A stretch of DNA of 64,000 nucleotides from IMG/VR virus record IMGVR_UViG_3300028888_001839, positions 121,001 to 185,000 of that record; one strand, written 5' to 3'. Under the pieces are notes generated by a model, which was not told the origin of the DNA, ran no database searches, and was given only the letters and a program-made list of their open reading frames with translations. Shown here piece by piece: positions 43,852-53,764 of this stretch (within the stretch, counting starts at the first letter, position 1; every line of letters begins with the position of its first letter). Both the position numbers and the translations under genes were made by a program. This DNA comes from a virus. Taxonomy: Duplodnaviria; Heunggongvirae; Uroviricota; Caudoviricetes.

Positions 43852-43881
43852 TTTACAGCCACCTGAATAGTGTGGTAAAAT
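43852..43881 (+). promoter_or_regulatory. sigma70-like phage promoter
   Basis: TTTACA-18bp-TAAAAT followed by ATGTGCCGT. Confidence 0.75.
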
Positions 43882-43930
43882 ATGTGCCGTTCCGAAAACA
43901 AGGACAACAACTAACAAAGGACAAAGCATT

Positions 43931-45616
43931 ATGGAAGAGCAGAAAGTAATGAAGGTGAAGCATTTCACCATGCAGAACGTCAAGGGGGTCAACCTCTTCG
44001 ACTATGAGTTCCCGCTTTCAGGAGTGACAACTCTCGGCGGAAAGAACAATCAGGGCAAGACATCAATCATCAACGGTATGCAGTATACCGCCGGTGGTGA
44101 GGCATATCGCCCGACAAACTACCACAAGGACGGCACAGAAGCGGAGTCGTTCCTTCGCATGGTGTTCTCGAATGGAATCATTGCACAGAGGGTGGGTGAT
44201 TCCGCTGACCTCAAGGTGTACGATGAAACAGGCAAGCTCTCTCGGCAGCGCCTGCTCGACCAGTTCATCACGAAGTTCGCCCTTGACCTCCCTAAGTTCC
44301 TCAATGGTTCGGACAAGGATAGGGCGGAGATCCTTCTTAAGGCCCTTCACATAGAGGATAAGGTGGAGGCGCTTGATGCGGCTATTCAGTCCGAATACGA
44401 GGAGCGCACAATCATAGGGCGAATCCGCGACCAGAAGCGAAAGGCAGGAAAGGAAATGCCTTTCCATGAGGGCGTGCCGGAAGAGGAACTTTCTCCTTCC
44501 GATATCCTTGCGAGGATGCAGGAGGTTAATGTTCGTAATGCCAAGATTCAGGCGGCGAAGCAGGAACTTGACAAGAACAATGCAGACCTTGTTCGTCTGG
44601 TAGAGGCTGGCGAGCGCATCGAGGCTGCTCTTGTGAAGGTGGATGGGGAGACCGTATCTCTTTGTGAGAAGGTTGATGCAGATTGCAAGACGAAGGTTGC
44701 CTCTATTGAGGAGCAGATTCGCAAGTTGCAGGAGAGCATCAAGGCGGCACAGGAGTTCGCCGTAACACACAAGGCACAAATTCGCAAGTCTGCGGAGGAG
44801 AACAAGAAGGCTCTCGCAGGGCAGAAGACGGAGAACGACAAGGCAGTTGATGCTCTTACGGAGAAGATTGCCTCCGCAGAAATGCAGGACTTCACTTTGG
44901 AGGACACGACTTCCTTCCAGCGCGAAATCGACGAGGTAGAGAACACGAACATCAAGGTGCGTGAGAACATCGCCCGTGCGAAGGTTTTGAAGGAAGCCGA
45001 CGAGCAGGCTCTTAAGTACGACGAGAAGACAGCGGTTATCGAAGACCTTCGCAAGCAGAAGGATGCACTCCTGCAGGGGGCTGGACTTCCGTACCCCGGA
45101 CTGTCTGTCGAGAACAAGGTTGTCACCTTGAACGGCAAGGCTTGGGACTGTATGAGCGAGTCTATGAAGATTCGTGTTGGTTGCGCCATCGTGATGCGCA
45201 TCAATCCGTCCTGCAAGTTCATGTTCGTGGACAAGTTGGAGCAGTTGGATTCAGAATCTCTTGCGGAACTCAACCAGTTTGCAATTGACCACGACATTCA
45301 GATTATCGGCACGAGGGTTACTACAAATCCTGACGATTGCACAATCATCATTAAGAATGGGTATATTGAGGGCATGGAGAACCACATGGCGGAGATTCCT
45401 AAGATTGTTCGCCGTAGCAAGGGGAAGAAGTCCGAAGATGCCGAGGTTATTGTAGATGCGGGGATCGTACCACCTGCAGCCGAAGCAAAGGATAGCCCAG
45501 TGATTGAGGCGGCCTATGCGGGAACTGAAACGGATGCCATGAAGCGTGCAAAGGAACTCCTTGCCCGTAAGCGGAAGCAGATTATCGAAAGCACCAATTC
45601 CACGGTGGAGGGCTAA
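43931..45616 (+). CDS. SMC/Rad50-like ABC ATPase with long coiled coil
   Basis: Walker A GKNNQGKT, central coiled coil, degenerate signature MSES, Walker B MFVDKLEQLD. Confidence 0.8.
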   Translation: MEEQKVMKVKHFTMQNVKGVNLFDYEFPLSGVTTLGGKNNQGKTSIINGMQYTAGGEAYRPTNYHKDGTEAESFLRMVFSNGIIAQRVGDSADLKVYDETGKLSRQRLLDQFITKFALDLPKFLNGSDKDRAEILLKALHIEDKVEALDAAIQSEYEERTIIGRIRDQKRKAGKEMPFHEGVPEEELSPSDILARMQEVNVRNAKIQAAKQELDKNNADLVRLVEAGERIEAALVKVDGETVSLCEKVDADCKTKVASIEEQIRKLQESIKAAQEFAVTHKAQIRKSAEENKKALAGQKTENDKAVDALTEKIASAEMQDFTLEDTTSFQREIDEVENTNIKVRENIARAKVLKEADEQALKYDEKTAVIEDLRKQKDALLQGAGLPYPGLSVENKVVTLNGKAWDCMSESMKIRVGCAIVMRINPSCKFMFVDKLEQLDSESLAELNQFAIDHDIQIIGTRVTTNPDDCTIIIKNGYIEGMENHMAEIPKIVRRSKGKKSEDAEVIVDAGIVPPAAEAKDSPVIEAAYAGTETDAMKRAKELLARKRKQIIESTNSTVEG

Positions 45617-45644
45617 TGCCCTCCACTAATGAGGAGACTGAGAA

Positions 45645-46556
45645 ATGAATGAAAAGCATGATAGTCTCGGTGAAAGGCTAAAATCATATGAGTTCTTGTC
45701 TACTTCTCGCCAGTTGATGCCGAACTGCCCAGTCTATGCGAGGATAGACGGGAGGGCTTTCCACACGCTTTGCAAGGGGCTAAAGAAGCCGTATAGCATG
45801 GCTTTCATTGATACGATGCAGGAAGTATGCAAGTACCTTGTAGACGAAACAGGAGCGGTTCTAGGCTATGTCCAGAGCGATGAGATAAGCCTTGGGTGGA
45901 TTGACTATTCTAAGGCACCGTTCGAGGGACGAATCCAGAAGTTGGAATCTGTACTAGCATCAATTGCAAGTGCTAAGTTCGTGCAGTATGTAGAGGCTAG
46001 CAAGTCTAGCGGTCTTCATGTGAACGATGGAGTGAATAAGTTGTGGGATAGATGCAATATGCACCTCCCATCGTTTGACTGTCGAGTATTCAACCTTCCG
46101 TCTATGGTAGAACTTGCAAATGCTTTCATTTGGCGTGAGAACGATGCCATAAAGAACAGTATCACCGGAATGGCTCTTTACTTCTTCTCTCATAAGCAGA
46201 TTCAAAACAAGAGCGGTGCTGAGAAGATTGCCATGATGAAGACATTGGGATTTGACTTTTATAGAGATACTCCATCTTCGTTTTTGAGGGGTACTTTCTT
46301 TCATCGGGAGAACTATCTAAAGGTTCTTTCAGAAGAGGAGGTCAATCGGATTCCAGAGAGACAGAGGGATAAACTCCAGAAGAAAGTTCTTGAAGACGGC
46401 AAAGTTGAATACTCATGCATTCGTTCCCATGTGGATGTTGTTGACTTGCCATATAGACTTACTGACACTGCGGATTTGGTGAATGTCCTGTTTAACAATG
46501 GGATGCCAATGCCGAACAAGGACAATCCGACATTCTGCTTGAAGTGGAAGGTGTGA
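45645..46556 (+). CDS. tRNA(His) guanylyltransferase / Thg1-like 3'-5' polymerase
   Basis: ARIDGRAFH, YVQSDEISL, FDCRVFNLP, WRENDA.KNSI. Confidence 0.92.
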   Translation: MNEKHDSLGERLKSYEFLSTSRQLMPNCPVYARIDGRAFHTLCKGLKKPYSMAFIDTMQEVCKYLVDETGAVLGYVQSDEISLGWIDYSKAPFEGRIQKLESVLASIASAKFVQYVEASKSSGLHVNDGVNKLWDRCNMHLPSFDCRVFNLPSMVELANAFIWRENDAIKNSITGMALYFFSHKQIQNKSGAEKIAMMKTLGFDFYRDTPSSFLRGTFFHRENYLKVLSEEEVNRIPERQRDKLQKKVLEDGKVEYSCIRSHVDVVDLPYRLTDTADLVNVLFNNGMPMPNKDNPTFCLKWKV

Positions 46557-46557
46557 C

Positions 46558-46920
46558 ATGAAAGAAACTGTTGAATTGTGTGGGCAAGGATTAAAGCCCA
46601 AAGAGGAAAAGATATTTATATCTGGCCCTATGACTGGGTATCCTGATTTTAACTTTCCTTTGTTTAATGCAGTGTCCAAAACACTTATACAAAAAGGATT
46701 TGATGTTGTAAATCCGGTTAATATCTGTCGGAAGTACAATCAAGAAAAAGTGCTTTCTGACAAGGATGTATTCACTGCGATGATAGATGAGCAGCAAAAA
46801 GAGGAAAGGAAATGTACAGTGTTACTCCTTCTACCTGGGTGGGAGGATTCTGTCGGGGTTCGTCTGGAGTTGCAGACGGCTATTGAGTTGAAGATGAAGA
46901 TTATCCAGTGGAGGAACTAA
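46558..46920 (+). CDS. DUF4406 (nucleoside 2-deoxyribosyltransferase-like) protein
   Basis: IFISGPMTGYPDFN...LLPGWEDS.G.RLE. Confidence 0.85.
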   Translation: MKETVELCGQGLKPKEEKIFISGPMTGYPDFNFPLFNAVSKTLIQKGFDVVNPVNICRKYNQEKVLSDKDVFTAMIDEQQKEERKCTVLLLLPGWEDSVGVRLELQTAIELKMKIIQWRN

Positions 46921-46922
46921 AG

Positions 46923-48137
46923 ATGTTGTGGGCAAAGAAGGAAGACAACTGGCGAGTGCCGGTGAAGTGTTGGGCAAGCAACCTTGAAGAAGGTGCTATG
47001 CAGCAGGGAATAAACATGGCGAATATGCCATGTGTGTTCCACCATGTTGCGATGATGCCAGATGCTCATCAAGGTATGGGAGTTTGCATTGGAGGTGTGT
47101 TGGCATTGAAGAATGCGATTTGCCCTAATGCAATAGGGGTTGACATTGGATGCGGCATGATTGCAGTCAAGACGAATGTACCTGCAGATGCCTTGTCCGA
47201 AATGTCAATTCGCAGGTCTTGGCAGACAAAGACTAAGGCTCGTATCCCTGTTGGGGAAGGGAATCATCATCGAGAGAATCAGCCTTGGGAAAAGTTTGAG
47301 TGGTATATGGACCAGCACTCCATTACATCTTTGCCGTGGCCTAATGAGATGGACAGGAAGAATCTCCACACTCTAGGTGGAGGCAATCACTTCTGTGAAT
47401 TACAGAAGGACGATGATGGCAATGTCTGGATTATGATTCACTCTGGTTCTAGGAATCTTGGGCATAGGATCGCTACATACTATCACAACATTGCAAAGGA
47501 ATCATGTAAGCGCTGGTTTGTCAATCTTCCAGACGATGATTTAGCTTTCCTTCCAGTAGAAGAGAAGATTGGAATGGACTATCTTTTCGACATGAACTTC
47601 GCATTGGAGTATGCACAGGAGAATCGACGTGGAATGATGAATGCGGCATTCGAGTCACTAGTGGAGGTTTGTGATAGCCTTGGTGTTCCTTGTACCGAAG
47701 TCTGGAGGTATGACATTCACCACAACTATGCTGCGCTAGAGAGCCACTTTGGAGAGAATGTGTATGTTCATCGGAAGGGTGCAACTTCTGCGAAGAAGGG
47801 CGAGACTGGAATCATTCCGGGGTCGATGGGGACACACTCTTATATCGTTGAGGGGTTAGGTAATCCAGAATCTTTTATGTCGTGCTCTCATGGTGCTGGG
47901 CGTAAGATGAGCCGAACTGCAGCAAGTGAACGGCTAACAAAGGAAGAGTGCGATAAGGCAATGGAAGGCATTGTCTGTGACAGATGGAGTACAATGCGCC
48001 GTGGCAAGTCTGCTGGCAAGTTGGACTTGTCTGAGGCTCCTGGTGCATACAAGGACATTGAAGAGGTGATAGCGAATGAGGCTGACTTGGTTAAGCCCAT
48101 TGTCCGCCTTACTCCGCTTGCCGTTCTGAAGGGATAA
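46923..48137 (+). CDS. rtcB: RtcB RNA ligase
   Basis: MPDAHQG, GVDIGCGM, LGGGNHFCE, HSGSR, HHNY, HRKGA, HGAGR. Confidence 0.95.
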   Translation: MLWAKKEDNWRVPVKCWASNLEEGAMQQGINMANMPCVFHHVAMMPDAHQGMGVCIGGVLALKNAICPNAIGVDIGCGMIAVKTNVPADALSEMSIRRSWQTKTKARIPVGEGNHHRENQPWEKFEWYMDQHSITSLPWPNEMDRKNLHTLGGGNHFCELQKDDDGNVWIMIHSGSRNLGHRIATYYHNIAKESCKRWFVNLPDDDLAFLPVEEKIGMDYLFDMNFALEYAQENRRGMMNAAFESLVEVCDSLGVPCTEVWRYDIHHNYAALESHFGENVYVHRKGATSAKKGETGIIPGSMGTHSYIVEGLGNPESFMSCSHGAGRKMSRTAASERLTKEECDKAMEGIVCDRWSTMRRGKSAGKLDLSEAPGAYKDIEEVIANEADLVKPIVRLTPLAVLKG

Positions 48138-48141
48138 CTAC

Positions 48142-48525
48142 ATGGAAGAAGTTATCGGCAAACTGCCTGCTCAGTCATTGTTCCTAGTCTGTCTGCTTCT
48201 GCATTTCATTGCAGATTTCAACCTGCAGGGAATGCTTGGCAACTTAAAGCAGAAGAAGTGGTGGAAGGAAAATTATCCGTCTCCGTTGTATAAATACGAC
48301 TATATAACGAGCGGGATAATCCATGCGGTTTACTGGGGCATTCTCACATTTCTCCCTTTTGTACTTAAACCTTGGTTCTGCTATGTGGTGCTTATTAATG
48401 GCTTGATACACTACACCATCGACCATTTCAAGGCCAATCGGCTCTCAATTAGTTTGATGGCAGACCAGATGCTACACATGGTCCAGATTGGAGTAACGGT
48501 CCATGGCATAGTGATATTGACATAG
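48142..48525 (+). CDS. DUF3307 membrane protein
   Basis: HFIADF.LQ, H..Y, HY.ID, DQ.LH. Confidence 0.8.
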   Translation: MEEVIGKLPAQSLFLVCLLLHFIADFNLQGMLGNLKQKKWWKENYPSPLYKYDYITSGIIHAVYWGILTFLPFVLKPWFCYVVLINGLIHYTIDHFKANRLSISLMADQMLHMVQIGVTVHGIVILT

Positions 48526-48544
48526 GTCAAAAGAAAGTAAGAAG

Positions 48545-48775
48545 ATGACAGCAGTAGAAATTCAGTACAAGGTAGAGCAGGCGAAGGAGGCACTAGACAA
48601 GTGCTTCGAATACCTTGGAGAAGACAAGCCGAACTTCATTGAGGCGGACTACTGGCTTACCAATGCTCTTGCTGAATTGAATGAAGCTAGGAAACCTCTT
48701 TCAGACCTAGCCGATGCGGAAGAGAAGGTATTGGGAGAAAGAGAAATGGCGAAAGGATATGAGATAATCCCATGA
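48545..48775 (+). CDS. hypothetical protein
   Basis: 76 aa, operon-coupled. Confidence 0.65.
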   Translation: MTAVEIQYKVEQAKEALDKCFEYLGEDKPNFIEADYWLTNALAELNEARKPLSDLADAEEKVLGEREMAKGYEIIP

Positions 48776-48999
48776 ATGGCATTCCGAAATACACCGGTCT
48801 TGCTGAATTTGCAAGAGGGGTACAGAGACTAGCAGAGATGTACGGAAACGTACCTGTGTTCCTTGAAGTCAACGGCATGGTTGCACCTTTTGGAATAGCC
48901 GTTCAAGAAGGCACTCTACTTGGAGGAGACTCTATCACCTTCTGCGGCGGCTATTCAAAACCTAGAGAAGCATTCACCAAAGGAGCAGTAACAGAATGA
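48772..48999 (+). CDS. hypothetical protein
   Basis: ATGA overlap. Confidence 0.6.
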   Translation: MNGIPKYTGLAEFARGVQRLAEMYGNVPVFLEVNGMVAPFGIAVQEGTLLGGDSITFCGGYSKPREAFTKGAVTE

Positions 49000-49409
49000 T
49001 TGAGTGGGCAGACTTGTCAACTGGCGACATTATAAAGTGGATGCCTTTTGTTAATGGCAAACAGATGACAATTTGCATTTTGCTTATGTCAAAATACAAA
49101 GAAGATGACATTTTTGGAACTATTGTTTTGGATGGTTTTTTTCGCGGGTATGATGCTAACCTAATGTATAGGCATCTATTAACACCTACAGGAGACAATT
49201 CTGGAACAACTACAATGTCTCGTCATCAATATGAAAAGTATAAATCTATCATTTCGTTCATAGATGAGACCGATGCACAAAGAATCAAGGAATACTTAGA
49301 TGGTTTTGCGAATGATTATTATGCTTTATACTTAAAGGAGAAGTCTTGGACTAATCAAATGTCGGATAAAGTCAATCAGTTTGTAAACAAAAAGGTGAAA
49401 GGAAAGTAA
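48996..49409 (+). CDS. hypothetical protein
   Basis: ATGA overlap. Confidence 0.6.
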   Translation: MIEWADLSTGDIIKWMPFVNGKQMTICILLMSKYKEDDIFGTIVLDGFFRGYDANLMYRHLLTPTGDNSGTTTMSRHQYEKYKSIISFIDETDAQRIKEYLDGFANDYYALYLKEKSWTNQMSDKVNQFVNKKVKGK

Positions 49410-49413
49410 CCAT

Positions 49414-50454
49414 ATGATTAAGGAATTCAAGACACGGACAGGAGCTATCTTCTGCGACACGGATCGATTACTGGAATGGCTCTATGTGGGAGACTACGGG
49501 AAAGAGAACAACATCAAGGCTAACTTCCTCGGGCTCACAAAAGAGATTAACTCCGTTCCGCACCATGAAGTAGACCTCGAGGACAAGATGGTTGTAACGA
49601 TTTCCACGCAGCGAGGATGCCAGATGAATTGCAGGTTCTGCGATTGCCCAAGGCTTTCTTTTATGCGCCATGAAGCATATAGAAATGGGTTTAATGCTAC
49701 AAGAGAAGACCTTTGCTTTGAAGTAGAGCAAGCAATCAAGGCTAGTGGCTGCAAGCATACAAAGCGGTTCAACCTTCATCTTGCACGTATGGGAGAGCCA
49801 GCGCTAAATGCTGAAAATGTATTTACCTTCCTTATAAAAGACTTGAGGAGTTTGGTAAGAGGTAGCGATCTTAAAGCAGATGTTATCCACCCTGTATTTA
49901 CAACAATGCTTCCTAAGTGTCTTGGGAAAGATGTACTATCGAAAGTATTGGAAGAGTTCTGTCAAATCAAAAATGCACTTTACGACGGTGAGGCTGGACT
50001 GCAATTGTCCATTAATTCTACCGATGACGAACAGAGGGATTATCTGTTCAATGGGATGTCTCTCCCTCTTAGTGAAATAGCAGAGATTGCGGCATATCTT
50101 CCGATGCCGAAGGGGAGGAAGTACACTTTGAACTTCCCTGTTGCCGCCGACACGATTCTTGATGCAGCCGTCCTTGACAACTTGTTCGAGAAGGACAAGT
50201 TTATCGTGAAGATAACTCCTATTCATGAGACTGTTACAGCGAACGACAACAACATCTCGACGCCAGGCGGATATGAAACATATAATGCATACAAGAGGTT
50301 TGAGCGTCCGCTGCTGGACAGAGGATGGGATGTCATAGTTTTCGTTCCGTCAAAGGAAGAGGATGAGGATAGGATTACTTGCGGCAATGCACTTTTGAGC
50401 TTGGATAAAAATCCTAACCTTCCATGGAAAGTATGGGGTGATTACGATGTCTGA
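49414..50454 (+). CDS. RlmN/Cfr-like radical SAM enzyme
   Basis: STQRGCQMNCRFC, MGEP, LQLSINS, C-terminal TCG. Confidence 0.8.
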   Translation: MIKEFKTRTGAIFCDTDRLLEWLYVGDYGKENNIKANFLGLTKEINSVPHHEVDLEDKMVVTISTQRGCQMNCRFCDCPRLSFMRHEAYRNGFNATREDLCFEVEQAIKASGCKHTKRFNLHLARMGEPALNAENVFTFLIKDLRSLVRGSDLKADVIHPVFTTMLPKCLGKDVLSKVLEEFCQIKNALYDGEAGLQLSINSTDDEQRDYLFNGMSLPLSEIAEIAAYLPMPKGRKYTLNFPVAADTILDAAVLDNLFEKDKFIVKITPIHETVTANDNNISTPGGYETYNAYKRFERPLLDRGWDVIVFVPSKEEDEDRITCGNALLSLDKNPNLPWKVWGDYDV

Positions 50455-51172
50455 CAAACTAATACAATGGCCAAAGGCCGTATACTGGACGGATACGTTC
50501 AATCCAATAATCGGATGCCAGAAGATCTCTCCTGCCTGTCAGAACTGCTATGCAGAAGCATGGGCGGAAAGGTTCAACATCTCATTTTCTCCACATGCAT
50601 CAAAGAAGAAGAATCCGCCAAAGAAAGGTATTTGCTTTTGTGGTAATGTGACAGATTTGTTTGGAGACTGGGTCTCAAGCCCCTCAAACATAATCAAGAG
50701 TGCAATCGACTGGCGGAGCGATGCCACATATCTTTGGCTTACGAAGAGGGTGCAGAACATGTGTGAAGCTCTTAATGAAGTAGAAGGGCTTACGACCTTC
50801 CAGCACTACTTCGGGTTTACTGCTGAAAATCAGGAGTGGTACGACAAGCGTATGTCAGTCATAAGAGAGTCGTTCCCATATTGGGCGAAACTTTGGATTT
50901 CCGTTGAGCCGATGCTTGGCCAGATAGATATGGGACTTCATAAGTCACAGGCTCTTCCGAAATTGGTCGTAGTTGGATGTGAGAGCGGAGCAAACCGACG
51001 CCCTTGCAGGATCGAATGGATCGAGAGTATCGTGAATCAATGCCGAGACGCTTCTGTACCAGTATTCGTGAAGCAGATTGTCTTGCCGTCTGGAAAGTTT
51101 ACGAACAAGATAGAAGAGTTTCCAAAGAACTTGCAAATTAGACAGGTGCCATGGGCCAAGGAGGAACACTAA
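50447..51172 (+). CDS. DUF5131 (phage Gp37/Gp68) protein
   Basis: WTD.FNP..GC.KISPAC.NCYA, LTKR, SVEPMLG, VGCESG..RP. Confidence 0.88.
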   Translation: MSDKLIQWPKAVYWTDTFNPIIGCQKISPACQNCYAEAWAERFNISFSPHASKKKNPPKKGICFCGNVTDLFGDWVSSPSNIIKSAIDWRSDATYLWLTKRVQNMCEALNEVEGLTTFQHYFGFTAENQEWYDKRMSVIRESFPYWAKLWISVEPMLGQIDMGLHKSQALPKLVVVGCESGANRRPCRIEWIESIVNQCRDASVPVFVKQIVLPSGKFTNKIEEFPKNLQIRQVPWAKEEH

Positions 51173-52275
51173 TGGGAACGAAGAATATAGAAGAATGGCT
51201 GTTCGCAAAATCTGGGTGCCATATTATAGACTTTTGTCGCAAGTTCGGATACTATCCTCTTGCTCTTAAGATTATGGCGCTGGATGAAAACGACGAGAAT
51301 AAGTCTAAAGCAATAATGGCGAAGGATGTTGAACTAAAAAACCACTATCTAAAGTGTGCTAAAGATCCTTATACTATAAGGAGAAAAGGGAAAAACCGTT
51401 CTTTTACACAATACTTCAAAGACGTGATATCAGGATGGGTTGTCGAAGATCTTGTGATAGAGATGCTTAAGGAACAGGGGATAGAAGTAGAACACAATGG
51501 TCACGATGCCCAGCGGAGAATAGAAATAGGAAATGATGTCACGCAGGAAGCAGACATTAGGATTAAGGTCGGGAAAGTTGTCAGGAAGGTTGAACTTACG
51601 AATGAGTGCAATTGCTTTCTTACAAAGCATGGATTCATAGAGAAAAGAGCACCAGCTCTAATTAGATTGTGGGATGAGAAAGGAATATGGATATATAGAG
51701 ACCTAGCAAATGGGAAGTATGTCCTTGTAGACTTTGCAACAGAGCCTGTGAAACTTCATTTGCGGAGGCACAACAATGTACAAGCCGATTGGGCGAAAGA
51801 TGTTCATAGGTATGTCCTAGCAGAGAATGGTAAGAAGGTGCGGGACGACAAGTTGCTAGCTGCTGAAATCATTTCTGTTGTTGGGTGTAGTATCGACGGG
51901 AGGGAGCAGCCTAAGATAGAAGAGATAGAAGACAAAGACTCACCACCGCAAGATTATGGAGTAGGTGGAAACAGGAGGAATGCAAAATCAAATGTAGAGA
52001 CAGGGATAGCATATCCAGGTATCAGAGAAACCAGAAGAGAAGATATTAAATCTATTCAGAAGGAACGATATGCGGAAGGTGCATCTTTGGGGATGCTTGA
52101 CAAGGCTATTCAGAAATCAAAAATGACAGTCGAAGAAGCGGCAAAAGTCAAGAAGCCAGAGAAGCAGAAAACGAAGGTTTCTCAATCACCAGCACCTCAA
52201 CCACCTCCGCCACAGGAGCAGGAAGAAGAAGAACTACCAGCAGACTATGACTATGGGGATGGAGATTTTGTGTGA
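51172..52275 (+). CDS. putative PD-(D/E)xK-like nuclease with low-complexity tail
   Basis: GW..ED....EADI......VEL pattern; acidic/Pro-rich tail. Confidence 0.4.
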   Translation: MGTKNIEEWLFAKSGCHIIDFCRKFGYYPLALKIMALDENDENKSKAIMAKDVELKNHYLKCAKDPYTIRRKGKNRSFTQYFKDVISGWVVEDLVIEMLKEQGIEVEHNGHDAQRRIEIGNDVTQEADIRIKVGKVVRKVELTNECNCFLTKHGFIEKRAPALIRLWDEKGIWIYRDLANGKYVLVDFATEPVKLHLRRHNNVQADWAKDVHRYVLAENGKKVRDDKLLAAEIISVVGCSIDGREQPKIEEIEDKDSPPQDYGVGGNRRNAKSNVETGIAYPGIRETRREDIKSIQKERYAEGASLGMLDKAIQKSKMTVEEAAKVKKPEKQKTKVSQSPAPQPPPPQEQEEEELPADYDYGDGDFV

Positions 52276-52293
52276 TTATTTTTCTACCCCCTA

Positions 52294-52322
52294 TTGAAAC
52301 CCGAACGGCGATGTGATATACT
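52294..52322 (+). promoter_or_regulatory. sigma70-like phage promoter
   Basis: TTGAAA-17bp-TATACT followed by ATGCGCCGT. Confidence 0.72.
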
Positions 52323-52391
52323 ATGCGCCGTAGCCCACACAAGGGAAACAAACTAACAAGGACAACAACAAAGAAAACAAGGAGAAAGACA

Positions 52392-53375
52392 ATGATAGCA
52401 ATGACAGAAACCGACAAGTGCTTCGCAATCAAGGGACTTGCGAGGGTGTTCAACACGGATGGAGTGCAGCGCACTTCGCTTGACCCTATGGAGGTACGTT
52501 CCGCTTTCGACTTCACGATTGGTAAGCGTCCATCTTATGATGCAGAAGGGCGCCCGATTCCCGGACACTTCCACCTCGTCCGTGAGGACAACAACGATTT
52601 CATTCCTTCGGCTGGAATCGGAAAGAAGTTTGAACCCGTCCAGCACATGGATGTGTTCGACTACATTACAAACAAAATTATGCCGCAGGTTCCCGAGATG
52701 TCACTTGAGACGGTTGGGACGATTCATGGCGGCGGAACCGGTCTCATCATGGCGCAGATTGGCGATGAGTACCACATCAATGGCGACAACTCTCCGAATA
52801 CGATGCGTCTGATGTTCTCAAATCCCTGCAATGGTTATGGGTCGCTTATCATTGGCTTTACGAATGTTCGCCTTTGGTGCCAGAATCAGATTCCTGCCGC
52901 TATCCGTCAGGCAAAGGCAGATGGATTCTCTATCCGCCACACGAAGAATGCGAACCTCTATGTCGGCGATGCGCTCAAGGTTATCTATGCGAGCATTGAG
53001 AAAGCCCGTGAGATTCGCCGCAAGTCTGAGGGATTTGCAAAGGTGCGCATCAACTCGGAGTTTATTCGCAATGTCATGGATACCATCTATCCGTTCAAGG
53101 AGAATAGTAGTGAGGCTGGACATACCCGCACGGAGAATATCCGCGATGAGGTTATGAAGCAGTTTGAGAGTGGCGAGACGGCCCAGACAATTGAGGGAGA
53201 CACCGCTTGGAAGCTCTTCAATGCTTTCACATACCCGATTTACAATCCGACAAGCACGAAGAAGTCGGTGGATGCGGCGGAAGTGGCCTATACTGGTGCT
53301 GTCGGAACTCGTGCACAGAAGGTTTCCAACATCTTCAATGTCATCTACAATGAGACGATGAGGATGGTGGCATAA
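52392..53375 (+). CDS. DUF932 family (phage/plasmid-like TIGR03299) protein
   Basis: G..F.PVQH...F, ETVG..HGG, TNVRLWCQNQ, IRHT, TAWKLFNAFT. Confidence 0.85.
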   Translation: MIAMTETDKCFAIKGLARVFNTDGVQRTSLDPMEVRSAFDFTIGKRPSYDAEGRPIPGHFHLVREDNNDFIPSAGIGKKFEPVQHMDVFDYITNKIMPQVPEMSLETVGTIHGGGTGLIMAQIGDEYHINGDNSPNTMRLMFSNPCNGYGSLIIGFTNVRLWCQNQIPAAIRQAKADGFSIRHTKNANLYVGDALKVIYASIEKAREIRRKSEGFAKVRINSEFIRNVMDTIYPFKENSSEAGHTRTENIRDEVMKQFESGETAQTIEGDTAWKLFNAFTYPIYNPTSTKKSVDAAEVAYTGAVGTRAQKVSNIFNVIYNETMRMVA

Positions 53376-53410
53376 GATTTACAACCCACAAGGAAGGATG
53401 AATAAAGATA

Positions 53411-53725
53411 ATGCGAAACAACGAGGCAAGAGAGAATCCTCAAATTGAGATTTTCGAGGGGACTCTCGTTAGGCTTCACAAGAAGCTCAATGGAGTGGAT
53501 TCACTGAATGCAGAGAAGGTTGCGGAGAAAACGGGAGATGCTGACGTCCTCAATCCTCCGATTGTAATCGACTTTGCTACCGTGACTTCAATTCAGAAGG
53601 ACTACAAGCATGGAGGTACTGTGGTTATGGATGCCAAGACCGCATGTATAGTGATGGAGCCTCTGGATGAAGTTCTCGATGCTTGGTGTGAGGTGAAACG
53701 AAACCTCGACCGTATCCAAGAGTAA
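53411..53725 (+). CDS. hypothetical protein
   Basis: 104 aa. Confidence 0.65.
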   Translation: MRNNEARENPQIEIFEGTLVRLHKKLNGVDSLNAEKVAEKTGDADVLNPPIVIDFATVTSIQKDYKHGGTVVMDAKTACIVMEPLDEVLDAWCEVKRNLDRIQE

Positions 53726-53764
53726 CAAAAACAAACAACCAAAAAACAAGGACAAAGACAAACA

